Shown: positions 27,477 through 37,564 of the stretch, piece after piece | Position numbering within the stretch: the first letter of the stretch is position 1 | How the letters are laid out: every line of letters starts with the position of its first letter | From: a virus | Lineage: Duplodnaviria; Caudoviricetes | Length of the DNA stretch: 64,000 nt | Direction: 5' to 3' (one strand) | IMG/VR virus record: IMGVR_UViG_3300028887_000075 | Span: 96,001 to 160,000 of that record | Position numbers and translations under genes: made by a program | The notes under the pieces: generated by a model | Told to the model about the DNA's origin: nothing | The model's database searches: none | What the model saw: only the letters and a program-made list of their open reading frames with translations

Positions 27477-28643
27477 ATGGCAATAAGTTTCGACGACATA
27501 CCCGCGTCGGTGTACGACTCGTTCATACACGAGCAGTTCGAGCAGTATGCCCTGGATGACTCCCATCCGGGGTTCTACAACTTCGTATGTCCGAATCCCG
27601 AGTGCGGGGACATGAACTTCCCTAACAAGAAGAAGGCGTATATCTATACCGATACCTGGCTCTATGTGTGCTGGAAGTGCGGTGAGCGCATGCATTTCGC
27701 CCGGTGGCTGAAGGAGCATGACGAGCAGGCATACCAGCGGCTCCTGTTCATGGCCTTCGGAAATGACCGTGGCCAGAAGAAGGAGGCGCCCTCCCCGAGA
27801 CCAGAGAGGAAACTGGATGCCACCCTCCCGTTCAAGGACGGGGAACTGATGTCCATTTACGACAGCGACCCTCTTGCACAGGCGGCGCTTGCCCTGTGCC
27901 GCTCCCGGAGAATCCGGGAGGAGGTATACTCGGAGTGGTTTGTGTGCCGCCAGGGCGAGCAGTTCTACGACCGGGACGAGGCAGGCAACATAAAGTATGA
28001 TGACTATGGCCGTCCGAAGGGAAACGATTACAGGAACCGCATAATCATCCCGTTCTACAAGTTCGGCGGCAAGTGGGGCCAGTTCGACGCCCGTGCGATA
28101 GACCCGAACAACCCACTCCGCTACCGGAACTTTACCGGTGTCAAGCGCGGTGCCTACAATATCGACTTCATCAACTACTCCGAGACAATCTACATTCTCG
28201 AGGGTACGATAGACTCTACCTTTATCCGCAACTCCATTGCCATTGGCGGCATCCCGCACTTCGGCGAGGTGATTGCCGAGAATCCGCAGCTTGCTGCCGC
28301 CAAGGACAGGATAGTTGTGCTGTGGGATAATGACCCGGAAGGGCGCAAGGCGAGAACGGGAACTACCTGTGACCAGGGGTACAAGTGGTTCTCCTGGGAC
28401 GGGATACACAGCAAGGACGTGAACGGGGCGGTGATGTCCGGGGAGTTCCCGGTGGATGCCGACGGTTTCGTCGATAGTAATTTTCTGAAGTCCCGCACGA
28501 GGGACCCAGAAGGGGCGAGTATCCTGTTCACCATGAAGTACGGCAACATGAAGAAGGAGGCTTCGAGGAAGCGGTTCGACGCACTGAAGGCATTCCGCGA
28601 GGGACGGGCGAAGCCGAACAACCGTCCGGAGGTTCTGTTCTGA
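27477..28643 (+). CDS. T4 gp61-like DNA primase
   Basis: Zn finger CPNPEC...CWKC, RIIIPF, TOPRIM LEGTIDS, WDND, KDVN. Confidence 0.9.
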   Translation: MAISFDDIPASVYDSFIHEQFEQYALDDSHPGFYNFVCPNPECGDMNFPNKKKAYIYTDTWLYVCWKCGERMHFARWLKEHDEQAYQRLLFMAFGNDRGQKKEAPSPRPERKLDATLPFKDGELMSIYDSDPLAQAALALCRSRRIREEVYSEWFVCRQGEQFYDRDEAGNIKYDDYGRPKGNDYRNRIIIPFYKFGGKWGQFDARAIDPNNPLRYRNFTGVKRGAYNIDFINYSETIYILEGTIDSTFIRNSIAIGGIPHFGEVIAENPQLAAAKDRIVVLWDNDPEGRKARTGTTCDQGYKWFSWDGIHSKDVNGAVMSGEFPVDADGFVDSNFLKSRTRDPEGASILFTMKYGNMKKEASRKRFDALKAFREGRAKPNNRPEVLF

Positions 28644-30679
28644 TGGCTAACGTACTCGTGCAGGCATACAGGAACCGGTTCCTCGACCGTGAGTTCATAG
28701 ACTACAACTTCATTACCAGGATTACCCATATCCCGTCCGAGCAGTTGAAGCGCCTAGGAGTATTTGACGGGCTTCCTTACAGGTATGACCCGCAGGGGCA
28801 CAAGGAGTTCCGCATGACGGACGCCATGTCCGCCCTTGCCAAGGCGAAGCTTACTCCGCCAGACAACCTGCACCCGCTGTACGAGTTCAGTGTAGCCCAG
28901 GCGATGAACGAGCTCCGCATCAAGCCGGAGTCGGTAAATGCGCTGATAAAGAGCGGGAAGCTCCGTACGCATGTTTCGGAATATGACAATTACCGCAAGA
29001 TTTACCGCAAGGACCTGGAATATTACCGGCGGAACTGGGACCCGGTGTATCTTGCTGAATTCATGAAGGTTCCTCTCCGTAGGAGCATGGCCGCGCTCAT
29101 AATGGGAATCCGTGCATCGACCATATGGAGGCTAGAAAGGACAAAAGCAATTACACCCATGCCCAGGAAGAAGGGCGAACGGGTAAAGTACAGCAAGGCC
29201 GAGGTACTGAGGTACCTGCATAGCCGGAAGGTGCGCGTGTACCGGAAAGACCCGCTGCCCGAATACATGAACTCCGAGCTGGCTCTGGTATATTCCGGGT
29301 TCTCCACCAGTAAGTTCAAGCAGCTTAGCGATGTAAAGCGGCTGAATGCTGAATGGCATACGTTCCCGGACGGGAAGAAGATGTGGGTATACAGCAAGGC
29401 AAGGATTGACCAGATTCGGGAAGAGGAACTAGCTCGGGAATATTACTGTGAGGGACTGCCTTACTATACACGTAGGGCAATCAAGTACAAGTTCTTCAAG
29501 ACTGACCGGTGGGTGGACATGTTCATCGTAGGTAAATGCCGCCGGATGCACGACAAGAAGAGAATACTGTCCCCTGACGAAAAAGGCGTGTCATCGCAGG
29601 GATGGGTCAAGGAGGACGTGGAGCAGGTGGTCGCGTCAGGCGTCGACTTCAAGTTCAGGAAGAAACAGAAGCCACTGTCCCGCGTTACCCGCAAGTACAT
29701 GAGAGTCGTAGCAGTGGCCAAGCCGCCGGTAGCGTTCTCCTCCCCGGTCGAACAGATGGAGGAGGCAATCCGGCTGGCACTGGATGAGAAGGCGGAAAAG
29801 AAGAAGAAACACATGGCCGACATAAGGGAAAAGATGAACTATACGATGGCCAGACGCAATGCAATCCGCAATATCCTCACGACAGGCGCATCCAACACCC
29901 CGATGATTCCGTCCAGGAATGACTTCCTCAGGTATGCTACTGACCGGCAGATTGTCACGTTCATGATATCGACCGACGGAAAGTCCGGGAGATACCGAGA
30001 ATATCCGCATACCAAGGAAGAGAGAATTTTCAAGGCCAGGCCGGGACGTAACCTGGGCAGGCGCAAGATAGCCCCGGTATTCGCACGTGCAATCCTGAAC
30101 GTGCTGACCACATACAACAGGTACAATTTTGAGAAGATACCCGCATGGGTTGTATTGGTGTCATCCACCTCCATGATTACTGACCCGATGTTCCATAGCA
30201 AGCTAGCCGCGGTCCCGGATAATGTAGGGGCGGTAGGTCCGTTCGGGTACGGATACATACTTCCGGACGGTTCGTGGGATGCCTGTTCGGAGACATACGG
30301 GAGTTACTGGGTGTACAGCGAAATTACCGGGGAGAACCGGAAGGTGGAAGGACTATCGTCGACCTCGGGTAGTCACCGGGTTGACATGCTCGACGGTCCG
30401 TTCATTGCCATACGGGGAGAGTACCTGCAGGAACTTACATCGATGAGGTATTTCATGCAGCTGGGCGATGCACGAGGTCTCCTGGCACCCACAGTATCCG
30501 CTATAATCAGGAGGCATGGAATACCTATGATGCAGATACCGGTAGATTGCTGGGCAAGCGCGGAGTTCGAGGTAAGGCCGGGTACACCCGAGATGAACCT
30601 GGCAATAGAGCGAATTACACGTTTCGTCAGTCTGAACGAAGCAGAACTTAATGCATTCCTAAAGAAAAAGAAGGTATAG
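28643..30679 (+). CDS. multi-HTH basic protein fused to a glycosyltransferase-like C-terminal domain
   Basis: Repeated Xis/MerR-like units (SVAQAMNELRIKPESVNALIKSGKL; MAALIMGIRASTIWRLE); C-terminal VGAVGPFG...VDMLDGPFIAIR. Confidence 0.55.
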   Translation: MANVLVQAYRNRFLDREFIDYNFITRITHIPSEQLKRLGVFDGLPYRYDPQGHKEFRMTDAMSALAKAKLTPPDNLHPLYEFSVAQAMNELRIKPESVNALIKSGKLRTHVSEYDNYRKIYRKDLEYYRRNWDPVYLAEFMKVPLRRSMAALIMGIRASTIWRLERTKAITPMPRKKGERVKYSKAEVLRYLHSRKVRVYRKDPLPEYMNSELALVYSGFSTSKFKQLSDVKRLNAEWHTFPDGKKMWVYSKARIDQIREEELAREYYCEGLPYYTRRAIKYKFFKTDRWVDMFIVGKCRRMHDKKRILSPDEKGVSSQGWVKEDVEQVVASGVDFKFRKKQKPLSRVTRKYMRVVAVAKPPVAFSSPVEQMEEAIRLALDEKAEKKKKHMADIREKMNYTMARRNAIRNILTTGASNTPMIPSRNDFLRYATDRQIVTFMISTDGKSGRYREYPHTKEERIFKARPGRNLGRRKIAPVFARAILNVLTTYNRYNFEKIPAWVVLVSSTSMITDPMFHSKLAAVPDNVGAVGPFGYGYILPDGSWDACSETYGSYWVYSEITGENRKVEGLSSTSGSHRVDMLDGPFIAIRGEYLQELTSMRYFMQLGDARGLLAPTVSAIIRRHGIPMMQIPVDCWASAEFEVRPGTPEMNLAIERITRFVSLNEAELNAFLKKKKV

Positions 30680-30684
30680 CCACT

Positions 30685-31569
30685 ATGGAACCACAGATAA
30701 TCACAATGAGCCCGCAGTTCTTTGCACTGCTGAAGAAACTCACCATGGTAAGCAAGTCCAAGGCTACCGTGATGTTTAAGGCCAACGGCAGGTGCAGGAT
30801 TACCATACCTACGCCGGCTACGTTCCTTCACATATCGGCCGGACCGGCTGACCTTAACTTTGGTGGCAACGAGATATGTGTCGCAAACATGATGGAGTTC
30901 ATCAAGTTCTGCGAGCTGGTGGGATATCCCGGTACGGTGAACAGTAACGTCCAGGCGCTGGAACGGACGCTATCCAACGGGCATGTCTACCCGATGCTCC
31001 AGTTCATGAACGGCAACGATACCACTGCGACCCGCACGGCATACACGATTTGTGCCGACCCGACAAGGTTCGACAAGAAGGCCCGTCACGTTCCGGCTGA
31101 CCGCGACAAGGACATCATGAACTGCCTGTCAACCATTTCAATGGGCAAGGACGCACTGAAGACCTTCTGTGACGAGCTCAAGCTGGTTCCCGGCTGTCAG
31201 TTCGTATCCGTGGTGTTGAGCCATACGAAGGTGAAGATTTACATGAAGGGACGTACCGGACAGCAGATTACTGAGGACATCCCCAGGAACTGCACCCGCA
31301 TGGGTGCCGCCGACCTAATTGATGCCGCCTATGCCAGTTCTAAGGACAAGTACAGAAAGATTCCTGCCATGTACTTCACCATACTGAAGGGCATCGAGAC
31401 CGACTACGAGATTGAGGTTCGCCACATGAAGACCGAGGCCCGTGACAAGATTGCCCTGAAGGCGTTCTCTTCCCTGGCCGGAGCAGACCCGCAGGACCCG
31501 ATTTCCCTCTACGTGGCCGGCATGGAGAGCGACGGCGGTGAAATCAACCATGAGGCCCTGGTCGAATAA
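30685..31569 (+). CDS. T4 gp45-like sliding clamp
   Basis: N-terminus MSPQFFALLKKL and C-terminus LYVAGME resemble gp45; size and context fit. Confidence 0.6.
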   Translation: MEPQIITMSPQFFALLKKLTMVSKSKATVMFKANGRCRITIPTPATFLHISAGPADLNFGGNEICVANMMEFIKFCELVGYPGTVNSNVQALERTLSNGHVYPMLQFMNGNDTTATRTAYTICADPTRFDKKARHVPADRDKDIMNCLSTISMGKDALKTFCDELKLVPGCQFVSVVLSHTKVKIYMKGRTGQQITEDIPRNCTRMGAADLIDAAYASSKDKYRKIPAMYFTILKGIETDYEIEVRHMKTEARDKIALKAFSSLAGADPQDPISLYVAGMESDGGEINHEALVE

Positions 31570-31592
31570 GCCATAAACTACGGTAGTCGAAT

Positions 31593-32753
31593 ATGGACTG
31601 CCGTATGCAAATTGAACTTGATGATATCTTGCTTGAGGCCCTCGGTGAACTGCCGGACCTCCCGGAATCCCTCGTAGTCGCCCTGGTGGAAGGCGCCCAT
31701 GCCCTCACCGGTGGTATGCGCAAGTTCCGCCCCCTCACTCCCGAGGAGACCGATGCGGTTGTCGACTACCTGAGGGGCAACGCCGCCAGGCTTGGAACAC
31801 CGTTCAACGAGGCCGAAATCCGGGCAGATATCGCGAAGCATCCGGGAAAGTACCAGAATACCCTGGCGAACATCAAGAAGCGCCGGGAGATGCCGTCTGC
31901 CTTTGAAAGGAACATGCGCATAAAGCAGTCTGCTGACAGGAGGCAGGCCGAGGTGGACAACAAGGCGAAACGTTTCATCTACTATGCGGCCATCGTGGAG
32001 CGGCTCAAGAAGAGCTTCTCCCACTTCGGTATTCCGTTCGACGAGACGCGTGCCATGACGGACATAGCGCGTGACGATGCGAGGTGGCTTGCGCGAGTGG
32101 TACTCAGGGATGCCCAGGAGAATCCAGTATTCATGTCGCTCGGTATGGCGGCCAAGGACCCGTCCGTAAGCTACCTCCGAATGAAGAATCCTTCCCTTGC
32201 CAAGTACATGCAGGATGCATTCAGCTTCAGCCGGATGGACGAAAAGGAACTGGAAAGCATGAAGGTCGAATACAGGTACATGCGGCCGGATGTTGCCAAG
32301 GAGGCTGCCAGTAAGTCCGGGAAGAATCCTGGCGAACATTCTACTACCAACACGGAATATGACAGCAAGATAGCTCCATGGTACGGCAAGGGAGTATCGC
32401 TAGTTGATGTGGTGATGAAATGCAAGGATGTACCGTACGACTACATATGTCGGTACTTCGTGGAGCATGGTGGGGCCGACCGGGTCAAGGATGCGCCCAG
32501 GGCCGGGGAGGACATCGTGGAATACCTCCGCAGGCTACCCAGGGGTGACCGGGGTGAACTGGAGTTCACCACCGAGCTCAACCGGCTGTCCGAGGCTGCA
32601 TTCGGGCGGGCCGTGGTCGACGGTGCTGTCAAGCAGGTTGAACGGGAAAATCCCGGAAAGTTCGCCGAGATGACGGCGAAATGCTCCCGCAGCATGGTCA
32701 AGCCGAAGGATATACCGCTGTACGCCGCGTGGTGCACCTTGCACGCCAAGTAG
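31593..32753 (+). CDS. hypothetical protein (ATAAACT promoter class)
   Basis: 386 aa ORF. Confidence 0.75.
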   Translation: MDCRMQIELDDILLEALGELPDLPESLVVALVEGAHALTGGMRKFRPLTPEETDAVVDYLRGNAARLGTPFNEAEIRADIAKHPGKYQNTLANIKKRREMPSAFERNMRIKQSADRRQAEVDNKAKRFIYYAAIVERLKKSFSHFGIPFDETRAMTDIARDDARWLARVVLRDAQENPVFMSLGMAAKDPSVSYLRMKNPSLAKYMQDAFSFSRMDEKELESMKVEYRYMRPDVAKEAASKSGKNPGEHSTTNTEYDSKIAPWYGKGVSLVDVVMKCKDVPYDYICRYFVEHGGADRVKDAPRAGEDIVEYLRRLPRGDRGELEFTTELNRLSEAAFGRAVVDGAVKQVERENPGKFAEMTAKCSRSMVKPKDIPLYAAWCTLHAK

Positions 32754-32799
32754 GCCAGCAGTATAAACTACTGGAAAATCGACAGAATCGAGGTTCCAA

Positions 32800-34290
32800 G
32801 TGGCCGTATCGCTTACAGATTTCACGAAGACGTTCCAGTACGTCACCACCAAGAGCGGACCGGTAGTCCCGGCCCGTACGACAACCGTCGACATGATGAA
32901 GGGCACGCTGCCCCCAGTAGACGACCAGACCAAGGAAAAGTTCGACCACCGGACATACGAGAACAAGAACCTCGAGATGAAGAAGAACTACCTCTCCCTC
33001 CGCGATATCGGGGTGAAGGTCATGACCGAGGCTACTTCCAGTACGTCATATTCCCCGATGCGGCTCAATCTCGCCGGGATGGACATGGACAATACCTCGC
33101 TCAACGGGGCCTTCAACTGTGACGGCACTCCGGTTACAATCAACCTGAAGTATCCCAACAAGAACGGGAACATCAGTGTCGAGCTCACCCTGGACGGCGG
33201 TGCGACCATGCTGTACGAGGTATCCCTCGATTCCGACCAGTTCAAGGGGAACTTCGCCCAGTCAATCCGGGAGAGCGCCAGGAACCTCATCAAGCAGAAC
33301 AGCGAACCGGCCGACCTGGACGAGATGCTTTACGGTGTGGGTGCCATCCCGAGCATGAAGGACAACTTCAACGACACGCTCGGCATCGCCAATTCCGACA
33401 CCAACAACATCACCGCATACGAATCTGTCGACTGGAAGCTCCAGAAGCTTCTCAATGTATGCAACGAGGCCGCCATGCTCGAGGCCGATGACGACATGGG
33501 TGGCGACGCCGGTGCCGACTTCGGTGCGGATGACTTCGCCGCCCCGGCGGACGGCGGTGCACCTGCCGGTGGCGACATGGGCGCCCCCCAGGATGCCGGC
33601 GATGTCAACGGTGTTACCGATGGTAACGGCAAGGGTGACGACATGCTCGAGTTCCGCGAGTTCTGCCTCCCGAGCGACCCGGATAACGGCTCCGGCCTAT
33701 CCCAGGCAGCATGGGACAACATGGCCCAGATTGTATCCGACGCAATCAACTACATCAACGACAACCAGGCTGGTGGCGTCAAGCCGTCGGCCAATGAATG
33801 GTACGAGGGCTTCCCGGGTGTCAAGAACATGATTCCGGAAGAAATACTCGAACAGTTCCTGTCGTTTGACGACTACAAGGCGCTCGATACCACTCTCCCC
33901 ATCGACGGCCTTAGGCAGTTTGCCCATGCCCTCGAGGGTGGCAAGATTGACATCACCAAGTTCAAGACCGACCTCGGCAAGTGGTTCCCCGAAGTGTACA
34001 ATACCGACGGTACTGCCATGAGTGACGTGTCCAAGGAAACTGCCGCCATGACGTTCCCGGCCGATGACCAGACCGGCGTCGGACAGGGTCTCGACATGAA
34101 CTCCCAGATGGACTTCGGCGGCTACGACGGCTTCAACGATACCGAGGGCATGATGGACCAGGCCAACGCTATGGTCGGCAATGGCAATACCGACCCGGGC
34201 ATCGACATGAGCGAGGGCGGTAGCGATTCCGAAGAACCGGGTAAGGACAAGACCGACATCGCAATCGACTCCTTGGACAACCTGTTCTAG
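32800..34290 (+). CDS. very acidic Asp/Gly-rich protein ending in SLDNLF
   Basis: 496 aa ORF, GTG start with GAGG RBS, TATAAACTA upstream. Confidence 0.8.
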   Translation: MAVSLTDFTKTFQYVTTKSGPVVPARTTTVDMMKGTLPPVDDQTKEKFDHRTYENKNLEMKKNYLSLRDIGVKVMTEATSSTSYSPMRLNLAGMDMDNTSLNGAFNCDGTPVTINLKYPNKNGNISVELTLDGGATMLYEVSLDSDQFKGNFAQSIRESARNLIKQNSEPADLDEMLYGVGAIPSMKDNFNDTLGIANSDTNNITAYESVDWKLQKLLNVCNEAAMLEADDDMGGDAGADFGADDFAAPADGGAPAGGDMGAPQDAGDVNGVTDGNGKGDDMLEFREFCLPSDPDNGSGLSQAAWDNMAQIVSDAINYINDNQAGGVKPSANEWYEGFPGVKNMIPEEILEQFLSFDDYKALDTTLPIDGLRQFAHALEGGKIDITKFKTDLGKWFPEVYNTDGTAMSDVSKETAAMTFPADDQTGVGQGLDMNSQMDFGGYDGFNDTEGMMDQANAMVGNGNTDPGIDMSEGGSDSEEPGKDKTDIAIDSLDNLF

Positions 34291-34309
34291 CCCCGGGAGA
34301 TATCCTTTT

Positions 34310-34340
34310 GAAGGCGGCTGCTACCGGCAGCTGCCTTTTT
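34310..34340 (+). terminator. intrinsic terminator
   Basis: AAGGCGGCTGC/GCAGCTGCCTT stem plus T-run. Confidence 0.8.
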
Positions 34341-34374
34341 GATTTAGTTTCTCTACCGAAAGAGAGGAACTATT

Positions 34375-35535
34375 ATGTCCGAAGAAGTATCTACAGTAGA
34401 AGAATCCGCCGGGCCGAGCCTGGTCATGTTCAATACCGTTACCGGTTTCCGCGAGGCGATGACCTTCATCGGGTTCTCGTGCGAGTCAGATGACGTCAAG
34501 GTGCACGTCGAGACCTTCGAGAACGAGGAAGAGGGACTTGTCTACATGAAGCTCACTACGTCCAAGGGTGTCAGCGTGCTTATCGACTCGACCCTGAAGT
34601 CCAAGTGCCTGGATAGCGATGCGTATGTCAACCTCCGCGACCTGTACGTGTTCTGCGACAAGGGTGTGAAGGACGGACTGGTTGCCATGTGGGTGGCCGA
34701 CAACAGGCTCTATGTCGGTTCGTCGTTTAATGAGTCGTTCCAGGGGTTCGAGTCCGAGGCAAGTCTCCCGCTGCTCGAACCGTTCGAAACCGAAGCCGAG
34801 GAATTCCTGCTGCAGGATAGTATCAAGATTGAGCAGACCGTGATGGCGTCAATCATCGACAGCGTCTATACGTTCGACTGCATGGAGATTATCAGGAAGG
34901 AGGGGACGCTCTCGTTCCGCACCGGGGATGACCGGGTGACAATCGCTACCCTCCCGGCAAGTACCAAGATGGAATCGTTTACGGAGGACGGCAAGCTGGG
35001 TGATTTCGAGGTTTCTGTCCCGCTGTGCATATTCAAGCTTATCCCGCTGGTAGAAACCAAGTCGGTATGCACGATGGAGTTCGACTGGACCCACGGGACA
35101 ATCCGTTCACAGGGAAAACTCTATGGGTTTACCTACAAGTTTGCGCCGGCAACTCTCCGTACGGGTACCAGTGACGGTATGATGTCCTACATGAAGTTCG
35201 ACACGCTCGGCATGGCAGCGACTATCGACATGATTTACGGGCTCAACTACCGTGACCCGACTGCACCGGTCACCCTTACCCCGCTTGATGAGAAGACTGT
35301 CGAAATCAAGTACGCCAACGGTGACCGCTATGAGGGTGTCATCACGATGACCGGGGTCAAGATGATGGATACTAAAAAGTCCATCGAGTTGCCGATGGAC
35401 ATAAGTACTATGATGGTCAGGAATGCCGGGACTTCCGTGCTTGAGCTGCTCTATGGCGAAGATGGCCGCCTCTTTATGACATACTGCAACGAGAAGATGG
35501 GCTACGCCAGGAAGTGCATGTACTTCGGCGATTAG
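34375..35535 (+). CDS. probable DnaN (beta-clamp)-fold protein
   Basis: 386 aa, acidic; collinear by-eye similarity to DnaN segments (VNLRDLYVFC...NRLYVGS; IEQTVMASII; FRTGDDRVTIA; EVSVP; VTLTPLDEKTVEI). Confidence 0.5.
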   Translation: MSEEVSTVEESAGPSLVMFNTVTGFREAMTFIGFSCESDDVKVHVETFENEEEGLVYMKLTTSKGVSVLIDSTLKSKCLDSDAYVNLRDLYVFCDKGVKDGLVAMWVADNRLYVGSSFNESFQGFESEASLPLLEPFETEAEEFLLQDSIKIEQTVMASIIDSVYTFDCMEIIRKEGTLSFRTGDDRVTIATLPASTKMESFTEDGKLGDFEVSVPLCIFKLIPLVETKSVCTMEFDWTHGTIRSQGKLYGFTYKFAPATLRTGTSDGMMSYMKFDTLGMAATIDMIYGLNYRDPTAPVTLTPLDEKTVEIKYANGDRYEGVITMTGVKMMDTKKSIELPMDISTMMVRNAGTSVLELLYGEDGRLFMTYCNEKMGYARKCMYFGD

Positions 35536-36143
35536 AGCTCGGCCAGGTCGTCGCTGCCGCCGAGGTCGAAATCCTCGGCAGGACCTTCATCGGAACTGCC
35601 ATTGTCGAGCGGTTCCGTTTCAGTATCCGGGCTTCCCGGCTCGATTTCGGACATCGCATTGACGCTGTCACCGTCCAGTTCGGAGCCGAAGTCGCCAAAG
35701 TCGTCATTCACCTGGTCGAACGAGGCCATACCCTCGTCGGAGAATCCCAGGTCCATGTTGTCGATTCCGCCGCCGAAGCCGCCGCCGAAACCGCCCGCAT
35801 CTTCACCGAAATCACCCGGGGCGGCGAACATGTCCGCACCGGGAGGCGGGACGTTGGGGTCGAACCCCATGAGGTCGTCATACTCGGTATCTTCGTCGGA
35901 TTGTTCCTCGGGATGTTCCAGTTTTTGCCGGAGGGAGTTGACCGCGTCGTGGACCATGTCCTGCTCGGTACCTCCCAGTACCTGATTGGATGGGTCGTCC
36001 ATGGCCTCCTTGTGCTTCTCGAGCATCTCGTTGCGGAAGCGTGCCTTGATTTCGCTGACAGGGATGCCGGAATCCCGGCTGAGCTCGGTAAATATAGGGA
36101 GCTCGTGGCTCACCGTGGATGATTTCGGTATGTTCAGGTCCAT
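35532..36143 (-). CDS. very acidic low-complexity protein
   Basis: D/E/G-rich; GGAGG and AGGA upstream. Confidence 0.75.
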   Translation of the reverse strand: MDLNIPKSSTVSHELPIFTELSRDSGIPVSEIKARFRNEMLEKHKEAMDDPSNQVLGGTEQDMVHDAVNSLRQKLEHPEEQSDEDTEYDDLMGFDPNVPPPGADMFAAPGDFGEDAGGFGGGFGGGIDNMDLGFSDEGMASFDQVNDDFGDFGSELDGDSVNAMSEIEPGSPDTETEPLDNGSSDEGPAEDFDLGGSDDLAEL

Positions 36144-36156
36144 CCTGCTAGTCCTC

Positions 36157-36753
36157 CTAAAGTTCCTTTTCCTCGTCGGTCCACCACTCGTTTCCGCCTA
36201 TTCCTGGCTTGGTGGCCATAAAACGTTCTCCCGGGTCGACCGACGGATATTCCTTGAACCCGAGCCTTGAATAGAGGCGGTAGGCCCCGTCGTTGTCCTT
36301 GGCCGTATGCAGGGATATTCCCTGTGGGGAGTCCTGGATGGCCTGCCTGATGAGCAGGCTGCCGGTGCCGGTGCTACGTTCGTCTTCCGGTACGTATACC
36401 AGGTAGATGTAGGCAGTCCCGTCCTTGTTAGTTACCGTAACCAGGCCCTGCCGTCCGTCTATCGTGTATGCGTGGATTCGGCGGTCCCAGGTATGCTGCG
36501 CGTTATCCAGACACTCTGCCAGGAACTTATCGCTTTCCTCCGGGTTGTCATGGTAGCATTCGGCCTCGTTCTCCGTTACCTTGCGGTATATGGCCATGAA
36601 CTCGCCATAGGTCATCTCCCTGATACCGGAAACAACCGGTTCCTGGGATTCCAGACATACCCGGTATCCTGTGCCAAGGGTTTTGGCCAGCTCGTGGGGA
36701 ATTCCGGTAAGTATGTGGTTGATTGTCATGTTTGCAAGTTGGTTGATTGTCAT
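36157..36753 (-). CDS. GNAT acetyltransferase
   Basis: VYVPEDERSTGTGSLLI and NDGAYRLYSRLGF motifs; alternative start at 36729. Confidence 0.8.
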   Translation of the reverse strand: MTINQLANMTINHILTGIPHELAKTLGTGYRVCLESQEPVVSGIREMTYGEFMAIYRKVTENEAECYHDNPEESDKFLAECLDNAQHTWDRRIHAYTIDGRQGLVTVTNKDGTAYIYLVYVPEDERSTGTGSLLIRQAIQDSPQGISLHTAKDNDGAYRLYSRLGFKEYPSVDPGERFMATKPGIGGNEWWTDEEKEL

Positions 36754-36764
36754 GTTTGCAAGTT
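36717..36764. repeat. exact 24 bp tandem duplication
   Basis: GGTTGATTGTCATGTTTGCAAGTT x2. Confidence 0.95.
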
Positions 36765-36860
36765 TATCGCCCCAGGCAGTATCCCGGAAACTGCCGGAAA
36801 ATACTTTTTGCCACCTGTATAAACTTACCGTCAAATAACCTTTTACCGGATGGTATCCAA

Positions 36861-37493
36861 ATGGCATATTCAATCGAAGAAGAAGATAAGATGCTCGCGA
36901 TGATTGAGGCTATCGCTAACCAGCCTATCGAAGAGCAGCGCCCGTACAACGAGGTCAAGGACCCGAAGCCGATTGTTGAGTCCGCCTGTTTCGAGGGCGT
37001 CAAGGTCGACTTCTCCGGCTGGACCGAGGACAAGAAGAAGGTCGGCAAGGCCAAGACCGCCGAGAACCCGGACCTCGCCAAGCAGTCCAAGGATGCACCG
37101 AAGGTGACCGACGTGGACACCAAGGGCACTGCGGTTGCTACGGAAGGTACCGAGAAGCCGGTTACCGAGAACGACACTGTCACCGAGAAGAAGGAAGACA
37201 AGCAGGTCACCGAGCTCGTCACCGAGGATGCCACCCACGAAGCCAAGGGCGAACCCAAGGCAAAGACCGGCAGCTTCGACACGAAGGCCAAGTCTACCGC
37301 CTCCGCCCAGCGTTCCAAAGCTGACTCCAACAAGAAGTTCTCCGAGGAAAGCAAGCGCCAGCGCAAGATTGACATGTTCAGGGACTTCGTGAAGTCACTG
37401 GGAGTCGACAAGGAATCCAAGGAAGCTGCCGAGAAGGTGCTGAAGAAGTTCGACGAGATTTCCAAGCACATCGGTGAACCGGGCGAAAAATAA
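36861..37493 (+). CDS. charged Lys/Glu/Thr-rich protein, possibly virion-internal
   Basis: TATAAACT promoter at 36818; strong codon bias. Confidence 0.75.
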   Translation: MAYSIEEEDKMLAMIEAIANQPIEEQRPYNEVKDPKPIVESACFEGVKVDFSGWTEDKKKVGKAKTAENPDLAKQSKDAPKVTDVDTKGTAVATEGTEKPVTENDTVTEKKEDKQVTELVTEDATHEAKGEPKAKTGSFDTKAKSTASAQRSKADSNKKFSEESKRQRKIDMFRDFVKSLGVDKESKEAAEKVLKKFDEISKHIGEPGEK

Positions 37494-37517
37494 CAACCTA
37501 TTCATTTTTTATCATCG

Positions 37518-37553
37518 AATGCCTACCCTAGGTAGGCATTTTTGCTATATTTC
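37518..37553 (+). terminator. terminator fused to a promoter
   Basis: AATGCCTACC/GGTAGGCATT stem followed by TTTGCTATATTT. Confidence 0.75.
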
Positions 37554-37564
37554 CGGTAGCTGCT

